64,000 nt of DNA from Candidatus Sumerlaeaceae bacterium (GTDB taxonomy: Bacteria > Sumerlaeota > Sumerlaeia > Sumerlaeales > Sumerlaeaceae): assembly GCA_049968255.1 (NCBI GenBank), contig JBMFRB010000001.1:192001-256000 (forward strand). Direction: 5' to 3'. The position numbers and the translations under genes were made by a program. The notes beneath the pieces were generated by a model. That model was not told the origin of the DNA. It did not search any database and was given only the letters and a program-made list of their open reading frames with translations. This document shows positions 1 through 8,925 of the stretch, piece after piece. How positions within the stretch are numbered: the first letter of the stretch is position 1; every line of letters starts with the position of its first letter.

Positions 1-867
1 CGCCTCATAGCTTTGCGGATCTTGTTTGAGAAGGGCCTCGGCCTCATCGAGTAGGCGGTTTACTAACTCATTTTGCCTCTTAACGAGATTATAAACGAGC
101 GGTTTGATTTCGTTATAGCGGTGCGTTGAGCGATCCACGGGGCCGCTGATGATAAGCGGCGTGCGTGCCTCGTCGATGAGGATATTGTCCACCTCATCCA
201 CGATAGCATAGAAATGCCCACGGCGCTGCACAATTTGGTCAGCATCGGTGGCCATGTTGTCGCGTAGGTAATCGAAGCCGAACTCATGATTTGTCCCATA
301 GGTGATGTCGCATTCGTACTGGGCTCGGCGCTCGGGCGTACCGGGCTGGGTTTTATCGAGACACCCCACGGTCATGCCAAGAAACTCGAAAATTTTGCCC
401 ATCCACTCGGAATCGCGGCGGGCCAGGTAATCGTTGACTGTGACGAGGTGCACGCCTTGGCCGGCAAGCGCGTTGAGGTAAAGCGGCATGATTGCGACGA
501 GAGTCTTCCCCTCGCCGGTCGCCATTTCAGCAATTTTCCCCTGGTGTAGGACAATGGCACCGGCCAGTTGGACATCAAACGGCACCATGTCCCACGTGAT
601 TTCAATGCCAGCCGCAGTCCACTTTTTGCCTAAATGTCGACGACACGCTTCCTTTACGACAGCGAAGGCTTCGGGGAGAAGGTCGTCGAGGGTCTCTCCT
701 TCGCTTAGGCGCTGGCGAAATTCCTCAGTCTTGGCTCGCAGTTCTTCATCCGTCAGAGACTGAAGCTGTTCGTAATGCTCATTGATGAGCTCGACAATGG
801 GCCAGATGCGGCGCATATCGCGCATCTGTTTGTTTCCGAAGATTTTCGAGATTATGTTTTTGAGCAT
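1..867 (-). CDS. secA: Preprotein translocase ATPase SecA (5' part; runs off the window start)
   Basis: Not in the ORF track because it is open at the edge. Manual translation from ATG at 867 gives [54 protein letters not shown], later [26 protein letters not shown], which are SecA motifs. Confidence 0.97.
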   Translation of the reverse strand, partial: MLKNIISKIFGNKQMRDMRRIWPIVELINEHYEQLQSLTDEELRAKTEEFRQRLSEGETLDDLLPEAFAVVKEACRRHLGKKWTAAGIEITWDMVPFDVQLAGAIVLHQGKIAEMATGEGKTLVAIMPLYLNALAGQGVHLVTVNDYLARRDSEWMGKIFEFLGMTVGCLDKTQPGTPERRAQYECDITYGTNHEFGFDYLRDNMATDADQIVQRRGHFYAIVDEVDNILIDEARTPLIISGPVDRSTHRYNEIKPLVYNLVKRQNELVNRLLDEAEALLKQDPQSYEA

Positions 868-1063
868 CGCTAAATCGTCTGCCTTGTCCGGCTTCCTCGC
901 TCGATAGGGCCATCAGTAGAGAGGCATGCAACCACATTTGCGGGGCAAGGGGGAAATTATGCTCGAGCTTTTTCCCTGGCCGACTTGCAACATTTTGCTC
1001 GCTCTCGGCTCGGTGGTTTTTCCCCGCTGTGGACCGTTGGATGTTACCCCTGCGTAGAGGAAA

Positions 1064-2173
1064 TTATTTGAGTGCCGGTGCCTTCGCTCCCCGGTCCGTT
1101 GAGCTTTTGAGGAGACCATTTTGGCGCATGGCCTCGACGATGTGATCATTCACGTGAGCCCCGGCCATTTCGGCTGCCACGCGAATGGCATTTTTTATGG
1201 CTTTAGCGTGCGAGGATCCGTGAGCAATAATGCAGTTACCCCGCAGCCCCAGAAGGGGCGCTCCCCCAAACTCGGCGTAATCAACCTGACGCTTGAAGTT
1301 GCGCAGAGCTGGCATCATAGCCACCGCGCCGAGCTGAGAGACCAGGCTCTTTTGGACTTCGCGCTTGATGCTTTCGAGGATGAACTCAACCACCGCTTCG
1401 CCAAATTTTAGCACGATATTGCCAATAAAACCGTCGCACACCACAACATCGAATTTGCCCTTCACAAGGTCTCGGCCTTCAGCGTTCCCCGCAAAACTAA
1501 GATTGGTCTGTTCCAGAAGCTCACGCGTCGCAAAGACGAGTTCGTTGCCTTTTGTCTCTTCTTCGCCAATGGACAGGAGAGCGACTTTGGGGTGGCGGCG
1601 GCCGAACATGTAACGCGAGTACACCGACCCCATAATTGCAAAGTGGAGCAGGTGTCGGGGCTTGCAATCGACATTTGCTCCCACATCGAGAAGAACGCAG
1701 GGGCGCTCCGGATGCGGCAGAATTGCCGATATGGCAGGACGACTGATGCCCGGCAAGGTTCGCCACATCAAGAGGGTAGTGGCCATTGTGGCTCCGGTGT
1801 TGCCGGCCGACACCATGCCCTCAGCACGCCCTTCGTGCACAAGCCGCGCCGCCACGGCAACCGAAGAGCGCGTTTTGCGGAGACTATCAGAGGGCGCCTC
1901 GTGCATGCCGACGACCTCAGGAGCGTCCTCAACTAGCAAACGTGGATGAGTCCATGCGCGGTGACGCAAAATTGATTCAAGTCGGCTGCGTGGGCCCGTG
2001 CAAATCACGGTAAGCCCCGGATATTGATTGATGGCAAGATAGGCGCCTTCGAGCAAGACTTCGGGGCCGTGATCGCTGCCCATGGCGTCGAGAGCAATGG
2101 TGCTTTGGCTGAGCTGGCGCAATCTCCTCCGCTGGCGGACTAGTTGGCGCAGTCTCTGAAATTCTGAAGCCAT
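1064..2173 (-). CDS. plsX: Phosphate acyltransferase PlsX
   Basis: IALDAMGSDHGP, VSAGNTGA, LLDVGANVD, VVVCDGFIGNIVLK and GGAPLLGL...HGSS motifs; follows rpmF. Start placed at ATG 2173. Confidence 0.96.
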   Translation of the reverse strand: MASEFQRLRQLVRQRRRLRQLSQSTIALDAMGSDHGPEVLLEGAYLAINQYPGLTVICTGPRSRLESILRHRAWTHPRLLVEDAPEVVGMHEAPSDSLRKTRSSVAVAARLVHEGRAEGMVSAGNTGATMATTLLMWRTLPGISRPAISAILPHPERPCVLLDVGANVDCKPRHLLHFAIMGSVYSRYMFGRRHPKVALLSIGEEETKGNELVFATRELLEQTNLSFAGNAEGRDLVKGKFDVVVCDGFIGNIVLKFGEAVVEFILESIKREVQKSLVSQLGAVAMMPALRNFKRQVDYAEFGGAPLLGLRGNCIIAHGSSHAKAIKNAIRVAAEMAGAHVNDHIVEAMRQNGLLKSSTDRGAKAPALK

Positions 2174-2273
2174 CGTTGTGCCCTTTTCCCTCAAAAAATA
2201 ACGACAGTTCGGAGCCCCTCCTGAACTGTCGCCATTCCGCGAAGCTTACAGATCGTAAGTTGGGACGAACTTT

Positions 2274-2468
2274 TTACTCTGCCGTCACTGGCTTGACAGG
2301 GCCGTATTGGCGGCCTTTGTATTCGCCGCAGTTCGGGCACACCTCGTGAGGCAACCGCGGTTCGCCGCACTTGGGGCACGGGGCAAAGCTTTTGATCTCT
2401 TCTAATTTATGATGTGCACGTCGGCGGTCGCGCCGCGACGGGCAGTGACGCCGTCTCGGAACCGGCAT
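2274..2468 (-). CDS. rpmF: 50S ribosomal protein L32 (zinc-ribbon type)
   Basis: [19 protein letters not shown]...[22 protein letters not shown]; GGAGG SD upstream. Confidence 0.96.
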   Translation of the reverse strand: MPVPRRRHCPSRRDRRRAHHKLEEIKSFAPCPKCGEPRLPHEVCPNCGEYKGRQYGPVKPVTAE

Positions 2469-2549
2469 GGTTTATCCTCCAGGTCAACTTGCTTGCAACG
2501 CTGTGCTTATACTAAAGGCTGTGGCCAAAATTCAAGAGAGCTCCCCTAG

Positions 2550-3005
2550 CTAGTGACGAATAAGATGATCGTCGTTTGGATCTGTGTTATTATTTGTGCC
2601 GATCGAACACTTGGGGAGATCCTGAATGTTGCCAAGAGTGTAGGTGCCACCGTCTGGGCACCTTGGCATGAGCTGCTTGACAAGCTCCGGCGTGAGACCG
2701 CGGCGAGCTTTGTCCGGATACATGACCGCTAACACCTCCTCCCATGTGACCGCTCCCACGGCGGTGGCACGCATCTCCGCGATTTTGCGTTTGGCGGCTT
2801 GAATGCGCTCGAGATTTTCCCTGCAAATCCGGGCGTGTTCAAGGTTTCCGGTGGGATTTGATTTGCCGATTTTACTGACCTTGTGGCGGCCGACGAGATA
2901 AAAATGCTGGCCCCAGATAAGAAGCTGGTCGCGATCGAAAAAGCCAAAAGCGAATAACGCGACGATTGCCATTACAGCGCCAATCATGACGGTTTTTCGT
3001 TTCAT
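2550..3005 (-). CDS. Membrane-anchored pilin-like hypothetical protein
   Basis: N-terminal hydrophobic helix; CRENLERIQAAK and PRCPDGGTYTLG...PKCS resemble type IV pilin-like globular domains; no G|FTLxE cleavage motif. Confidence 0.6.
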   Translation of the reverse strand: MKRKTVMIGAVMAIVALFAFGFFDRDQLLIWGQHFYLVGRHKVSKIGKSNPTGNLEHARICRENLERIQAAKRKIAEMRATAVGAVTWEEVLAVMYPDKARRGLTPELVKQLMPRCPDGGTYTLGNIQDLPKCSIGTNNNTDPNDDHLIRH

Positions 3006-3034
3006 GGCTCCGCCGCTCAACAGAAATTCCTGCT

Positions 3035-3064
3035 ATTACAGCGCAGGCCCACGAGAACTGTCAA
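3035..3064 (-). promoter_or_regulatory. Candidate sigma70 promoter for the pilin-like gene (and possibly rpmF-plsX)
   Basis: The minus strand reads TTGACA-N18-TGTAAT about 30 nt upstream of the ATG at 3005. Confidence 0.4.
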
Positions 3065-3100
3065 GTCATTGCCGTCGCAGTGAATCGTGAGCTAACAAGC

Positions 3101-4336
3101 CTAAGCCAGGCGACGCGAAGGCGACGCACCAGCAATCATGTGACGCACAAGTAAAATTGCGATCGTCAACAGAACTGCCGTAAAGGCGGCCCCCGCAGCC
3201 AGGAGCGTGCGCTTTGGCCAAACGCGAACGTCTGGCATCACAGGCGCGGACAACGCGCGCAAATCGCCCGCAGTGGGCAGGCCTTTCCCGTCCCATTCAA
3301 AATAAGCGGCGGCCACGCTTCGATAAACGTCGAGGGCACTGCGCAGGCGCTGACGCTCTGCCTGTTTTTCGTCGTAGAGCCGAGACACGGTGCTTAGGCG
3401 TTGCTGAGTTTGTGCGAGCAGCGTTTCGAGTTGGCGAATCCTTGCTTCGAGTTGAAGGATCGTGGAGCTCAGAACACTCTCCTCCTTCGCAAGGAGCTCT
3501 GCCGTGGCAGTTGTGGCAAGTGGCAGGCCGACGCGGGCGCGTTCGAGTTCAAACTGAAGACGAAGATACCGTGACCAAAGCCCTTCAGGCTTGGGAGGCG
3601 GTTGATTGACCGATACCAGCACATTTGCAGCATTGGGGGTATTTCTGGCATTCATGGCATCCAACGGTGCTTCCGGCCACTCCGCAGGTGCTAGCACGTC
3701 GAGCGTTTCGGCCAAAAGTTTGCGCCGACCAACAATTTGACTGTCCAGCTCTGCCCTTTCTTTGTCGAGTGCTGCAAGTTCAGCGTCGAGTTGTCGGTCG
3801 CGCTTGCCCATCGCATCCGCGCGCTTTTGGGCCTCTTCCAGGGAGACATTGCCAAATTTAGTGACGAGATTGCGCACCCACGACTCTGCCAGAAAGCGTG
3901 TTTGCTCGCGTCCGCGGAATCTGACCTTCAGCTCCAAGACTGGCGAGAACTCTTTTTTTACTGTCGTATCCTGCAAGGTTTCCGATGCGACCTCGAACTG
4001 CTTTACGAACTTTTCAAAGTCGCCAGGCTTATTGCCAAATTTTGCTGTGTACTCGTCGTAAACGCGCCTCAGAAGCTCAGGGTTCTTGGCCAGCCCCGCC
4101 ACAGTCATTGGGCTGATGGGCCTGATATCAAAGATCTCCATGCGGTCCACATAGACCGCCGTCTTGGCTTCAAACTCCTCAGGCACAAACCTCATGGCCA
4201 GGTAGGTGAGAAGTGCCACGAAAAATCCAACCGCAAGAATAAGCCAGCGATAGCTCCAAAGATAAACAAGGCGCTCAGCGGCTACTGTCGCCACCGCCCC
4301 GGTCGACGAAATCGAAGATGAACGCTCGATGGCCAT
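3101..4336 (-). CDS. Wzz-like polysaccharide co-polymerase / chain-length determinant
   Basis: N-terminal TM (LWSYRWLILAVGFFVALLTY), long coiled coil, Pro-rich APVMPDVRVWPKR before a C-terminal TM. Start placed at ATG 4336. Confidence 0.8.
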   Translation of the reverse strand: MAIERSSSISSTGAVATVAAERLVYLWSYRWLILAVGFFVALLTYLAMRFVPEEFEAKTAVYVDRMEIFDIRPISPMTVAGLAKNPELLRRVYDEYTAKFGNKPGDFEKFVKQFEVASETLQDTTVKKEFSPVLELKVRFRGREQTRFLAESWVRNLVTKFGNVSLEEAQKRADAMGKRDRQLDAELAALDKERAELDSQIVGRRKLLAETLDVLAPAEWPEAPLDAMNARNTPNAANVLVSVNQPPPKPEGLWSRYLRLQFELERARVGLPLATTATAELLAKEESVLSSTILQLEARIRQLETLLAQTQQRLSTVSRLYDEKQAERQRLRSALDVYRSVAAAYFEWDGKGLPTAGDLRALSAPVMPDVRVWPKRTLLAAGAAFTAVLLTIAILLVRHMIAGASPSRRLA

Positions 4337-4451
4337 AGTGGCTTTGACGGGACCGCAAGTGGTTCGGGGTGTCAATCCCGAATCAGCAGAGGCAGCCCCA
4401 TAGCCGGTTGGAGTTGACTGCAGTCACCGCGGCTCCCTGCATTACAACGAT

Positions 4452-6485
4452 ATGCCAGAACTTAAACCACTTCCATTTGCCACGCTGTTGCGCCGACTTG
4501 TTTACGAGTATGAGCGCGAGAAGAAAATTTTCGATTTGCCCGCCACAAAGTTTTGGCGCGGTGCGGAAGGCGTTTCTTTCGGTGTGCGCTCTCACGGCAA
4601 ACCTGCGGGGACACCTTTTGGTCCTGCGGCAGGTCCGCACACGCAGATGGCACAGAATATCGTGCTTAGCTGGCTAGCCGGGGCGCGAATCATTGAGCTG
4701 AAGACAATTCAGATCAACGATCGCCTCACGATTCCGCGGCCGTGCATTGATGCCACAAACGTGGGCTACAACGTGGAGTTCAGCCAGGAACTGCGGCTCG
4801 AAGAATCGCTCGAAGAATATGTGAAAGCCTGGATGCTCATTCAGATTGCCGAGCGGTTGGGTGTGCTCAACGTCACGCCTCGCCAGGAGCCCACACAACC
4901 TGAGGGGATGCCTCATTTCTACGACTGCATCTTTGATCTTTCCTGCGGCTACAATCTCGAAGGAATCGCAAGTGACCGTGTGACGTGGTTTATCCGCTCA
5001 ATGATCGATGCATCCGCAGAGATCGAGAGGCTGCGCCGCCAGATTCCTACGGAATTTCGGGCTTTGCTTGACGTTGAATTCGATCCGCACATTGTCTCGA
5101 CGGCGACGCTCTCGACGTTTCACGGTTGTCCGCCACACGAGATCGAGGGAATCGTTGAGCATCTCTTGCGCGTGCATGGATTGCATGTCGTCATCAAAAT
5201 GAACCCCACCATGCTGGGGCGTGAGCGCGTGGAGGAGCTACTCCACCGTGTGCTAGGTTTCGAAGACATTCAGCCAAATCCGGAAGCGTTTGAGTCCGGC
5301 CTTCAATTCGACGAGGCCATCGGGTTAGTGCGGCGGCTGCGCAAGCTCGCCTACGAACGGGGACTCGACGTGGGCGTGAAATTCACAAACACATTGGAAG
5401 TGGTCAACCACCGTGATTTCTTCCCGCCATCAGAAAAGATCATGTATCTGAGTGGAGCGCCACTGTATCCCATGGCAGTGGAATTAGCACACAAATTCCG
5501 CGAAGCTTATGTCGCCACAGCTACGGAGCCGTGGGAAGCTGAGTTACCGATTTCGTTTTCGGCGGGTGTCGACAAGCATAATTTTGCCGATTGTGTGGCC
5601 GCAGGCATGGTGCCTGTGACTGTATGCACCGACTTGCTCAAGCCTGGCGGTTATGGTCGGGCGATCGATTACCTGCAAGCTTTGGCCAATGAAATGAAAT
5701 CCCTTGGTTGCGAGAGCATCGAGGATTTTATCCTCCGCGCGAGTGGAACGACATTCGACCGACGGACAGCCTCGTCAGCAAATCTAAGGCGTGCGTGGGA
5801 AAAGGCACTTCAGGATCCCCACTATACGAAGGCCAAGAATTCCCTTGTGCCCAAGCGCTTGGGGAGCCGTTTGTGGTTGTTCGATTGCGTGACCTGCGAC
5901 AAATGCATCCCCGTTTGCCCCAACAATGCAAATTTTACCTATCCTGCCGACACAGTGCCCGTGATCTATCGAGACTATATCATCGAGGACGGCAAGTTGG
6001 TTCCGTCAGAAGAAAAGCATTTTGCGCTGAAGAGAGCACGGCAAATTGCGAACTTCGGCCAATTTTGCAATGAATGCGGCAATTGCGACACGTTTTGTCC
6101 GGAATATGGTGGACCTTATATTGAGAAACCAACCTTCTTTTCAACGCGCGAGGAGTGGGAGCATTTTCACAAATGGGATGGCTTCGTCATCGAACATGAG
6201 CCCGATCTCGATCGCATTTTAGGTCGGATTTCAGGCCATATCCATTCCCTCACTCAGAGGCAAGGCGCTCAGGCGCAGGCAGATGAAGACCTTTTCGAAA
6301 GTCCCACGGGTCTGTTTGCCATTCATCGAGAAACCCTGGTCGTGCGGCCTATCGAGCTACGTTCGAATAAGGGAGAAATCAAGGTCGGCACCTACCTTAT
6401 GTTGAGAACCATGCTAGCCGGTATCCTGCGAGGTGGGAGAATTAATTACGTCAATGCCGCGTATAGTGACTTGTTATCTCAATGA
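4452..6485 (+). CDS. YgfK-like Fe-S oxidoreductase (short form lacking the central FAD/NAD(P)H domain)
   Basis: N-terminus matches YgfK (TPFGPAAGPHTQMAQNIVLSWLAGARIIELKTIQ...PCID); C-terminal 4Fe-4S motifs CVTCDKCIPVCPN and CNECGNCDTFCP; no GxGxxG dinucleotide-binding segment. Confidence 0.85.
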   Translation: MPELKPLPFATLLRRLVYEYEREKKIFDLPATKFWRGAEGVSFGVRSHGKPAGTPFGPAAGPHTQMAQNIVLSWLAGARIIELKTIQINDRLTIPRPCIDATNVGYNVEFSQELRLEESLEEYVKAWMLIQIAERLGVLNVTPRQEPTQPEGMPHFYDCIFDLSCGYNLEGIASDRVTWFIRSMIDASAEIERLRRQIPTEFRALLDVEFDPHIVSTATLSTFHGCPPHEIEGIVEHLLRVHGLHVVIKMNPTMLGRERVEELLHRVLGFEDIQPNPEAFESGLQFDEAIGLVRRLRKLAYERGLDVGVKFTNTLEVVNHRDFFPPSEKIMYLSGAPLYPMAVELAHKFREAYVATATEPWEAELPISFSAGVDKHNFADCVAAGMVPVTVCTDLLKPGGYGRAIDYLQALANEMKSLGCESIEDFILRASGTTFDRRTASSANLRRAWEKALQDPHYTKAKNSLVPKRLGSRLWLFDCVTCDKCIPVCPNNANFTYPADTVPVIYRDYIIEDGKLVPSEEKHFALKRARQIANFGQFCNECGNCDTFCPEYGGPYIEKPTFFSTREEWEHFHKWDGFVIEHEPDLDRILGRISGHIHSLTQRQGAQAQADEDLFESPTGLFAIHRETLVVRPIELRSNKGEIKVGTYLMLRTMLAGILRGGRINYVNAAYSDLLSQ

Positions 6486-6511
6486 TAGCAGCAAGCTTTG
6501 TGAGGTGACGA

Positions 6512-8791
6512 ATGGGGGAATTTGTGCGCGAAGTGGGCAGTTTTTTTTCTGAAGACGGCCCACTGGCTCGCTATGCTGCCCGTACGGGCAGGCCTTTTGC
6601 CTTGCGCGACGAGCAGGTTTCGATGGCCAAGTTCGTCGCACGAACTTTGCTCAACGGGCAGATCGGAATCGTTGAAGCTGGAACAGGTGTGGGCAAGTCA
6701 TTTGCCTATCTTGTGCCGGCATTGTTGCTTGCAGTGCAGCGGAAAAAGCGTGTTGTCGTTGCCACCAATAAGATCAATCTTCAAGAGCAACTGATCAAAA
6801 AAGACTTGCCGATGCTCAAGGAAGCGCTTGGCCTGGAGCTCTCGTGTGTGCTTCTCAAGGGGCGTAACAACTATCTGAGCCGGCGCCGTTTGAAAAATGC
6901 TCTCTCTGCCATAGAACCTGGCCTTTTCTACGAAATGGACCGGGCGGCTCTCAGTGTTATAGCAGACTGGGTGAGAGACTCGAAAACAGGCGACAAAGCA
7001 GAACTCGGGCAAAGACTTGAGGAAAAGCGTCTGTCAGGTGCTGTGAAGAGCGAGATCTTAGACCGAGTTCTCCGCGTGTGGCCGGAGGTGCAGAGCGATA
7101 ATTATGACTGCCGGGGAGAAAGATGTCCGCATTTCCGCGAGTGTTTTTTCCACCGCACAAGAGCTAAGGCGGAAAACGCTGACCTCATTGTGACCAACCA
7201 GCATGTTCTGGTCTTTGACTATTTCGTGGCGCAGAGCACGAAAGGGAAACTGAGAATTCTGCCACCGTTCGATTTTCTTATCATCGATGAAGCGCACTCC
7301 CTTGTCGAAACAGTAACCACTGCTTTGGAGGGTACGGTTGATTCGGACTCGGTGTCAAGAATCGTGCGACGCCTTCTGACTTGGCAAGGAGGTGGCGCTA
7401 GTTCATCGGGAGAACACGGATCTCTTCTTCAAAAACTTTCGAGCAGCCTCGAGGCGGGCGCCGCCCGAGCAATTCTGCAAGATCGTTTACCGGATCTGTT
7501 GAGTGAGCTCGAAAGAGAATGGAAGAACTGCTTCGCCAGTCTCGAACAACTTGCTACTTGCTGGCGCAACGAGAATACGAACCACGCCAAGAGGCGACGT
7601 GGCTCTTGCCAACTCCCCTACTCGCCTGACGACATGCAGAATGGCGAAACATGGTCGTGGAAAACGAACCCTCACTTTCAACGGCACTGTCGCATCTTTG
7701 AAATCCAGAGCGCTCTCGAAAATTTGCTAAAACAACTTTCCGGAGCAGAGGTGGAGGAAAGCCTTGGGCAACAAGCGCAAGATCTTTATCAGCGTGTTTT
7801 GGCGCTGCTGAACAGGCTTTGCGAGTCGCTCGAAACTCTGCGTCGGTTCGCAGACCTGCAGGACCGGAAATGGTGTCGCTGGTTTCAGTTCGACCCTGCA
7901 GGCATAAATAAGTATGAACAGCTGAAACTCTGTGTGGCTTTGATCGATGTCGCGACGCAAGTTGCAGACATGCTCAAATCTGTCGGTGAAATGCAAGGGA
8001 GTGTGGTGCTCACCTCGGCGACACTCTCGGTGAACAAAAACTTTGATTATGTGCTGCGCGACTGGGGACTGTCCCAGGCACACAAGCAAGGTTACGTAAC
8101 AACACTCATCGAAGAGTCTCCCTTCGATTATCAGAAGCAGTGCCTGCTTGCTGTCCCCACTGACTTGCCTGAAGAACGCATCAATGAAGACTTCATGGTA
8201 AAAGCGTGCAATCTGATTCTGGAAACGCTGAGCATAACGAAAGGACACGCCTTCCTTCTTTTCACTTCGTGGGAGGAACTGCGTGTTTTTTGGAAGCATC
8301 TCGAGCAAGAACTGAGGCAGCGCGGTTTTACGCCATTGGTTCAAGAACAGGAAGGCAATCGCACTGCCATCACCGACTTATTTAGGATAGCGCAGGCACC
8401 CGTCCTTTTTGGCGTGGCCTCATTCTGGGAGGGCGTGGACATCGCCGGCGATCAATTGAGGTGTGTGATCATTGTGAAACTCCCATTTCCCATCCCCGAT
8501 GATCCTCTTACGCTAGCTCGAGCAAAGCGTTGGGGGTTTGAGGACTCTCATGTTTTCCATTGGGTGCTAAAACCACGCATGATCACAACGCTGCGTCAAG
8601 GTTTCGGTAGACTCATTCGCGCGGAAACCGACTACGGCGTCGTCATGATCCTCGACTCCCGACTCTGTACGAAATCGTATGGCAGGGAAGTTCTCGCGAG
8701 CTTGCCGCCAGCGCGATTGGTAAAGGCGCGAGCCCTTGAAATCATCCCAGAGATACGACATTTCTTCGCAAAGAGAAATATGAGCGGGTAG
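6512..8791 (+). CDS. DinG/YoaA family ATP-dependent DNA helicase
   Basis: EAGTGVGKS Walker A, IIDEAH, LTSATL, FWEGVD, KLPF, QGFGRLIR. Confidence 0.93.
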   Translation: MGEFVREVGSFFSEDGPLARYAARTGRPFALRDEQVSMAKFVARTLLNGQIGIVEAGTGVGKSFAYLVPALLLAVQRKKRVVVATNKINLQEQLIKKDLPMLKEALGLELSCVLLKGRNNYLSRRRLKNALSAIEPGLFYEMDRAALSVIADWVRDSKTGDKAELGQRLEEKRLSGAVKSEILDRVLRVWPEVQSDNYDCRGERCPHFRECFFHRTRAKAENADLIVTNQHVLVFDYFVAQSTKGKLRILPPFDFLIIDEAHSLVETVTTALEGTVDSDSVSRIVRRLLTWQGGGASSSGEHGSLLQKLSSSLEAGAARAILQDRLPDLLSELEREWKNCFASLEQLATCWRNENTNHAKRRRGSCQLPYSPDDMQNGETWSWKTNPHFQRHCRIFEIQSALENLLKQLSGAEVEESLGQQAQDLYQRVLALLNRLCESLETLRRFADLQDRKWCRWFQFDPAGINKYEQLKLCVALIDVATQVADMLKSVGEMQGSVVLTSATLSVNKNFDYVLRDWGLSQAHKQGYVTTLIEESPFDYQKQCLLAVPTDLPEERINEDFMVKACNLILETLSITKGHAFLLFTSWEELRVFWKHLEQELRQRGFTPLVQEQEGNRTAITDLFRIAQAPVLFGVASFWEGVDIAGDQLRCVIIVKLPFPIPDDPLTLARAKRWGFEDSHVFHWVLKPRMITTLRQGFGRLIRAETDYGVVMILDSRLCTKSYGREVLASLPPARLVKARALEIIPEIRHFFAKRNMSG

Positions 8792-8925
8792 CATCACAGT
8801 CACCGAGGTCCCTACCGCTTTGTGAATAAAACTTCGCGCGACGTCACAATTATCGCGAATCGGAGGAGAGTGCGTTGGGTGTGCCAACCCGAGCGCAAAG
8901 AATCCACTGCCCGACAGGAAGCACG

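Noticed and set aside
6512-8791. DinG as a type IV CRISPR or defence-associated helicase
   Set aside because: No cas genes, repeat array or defence neighbours are present; it is flanked by topA.
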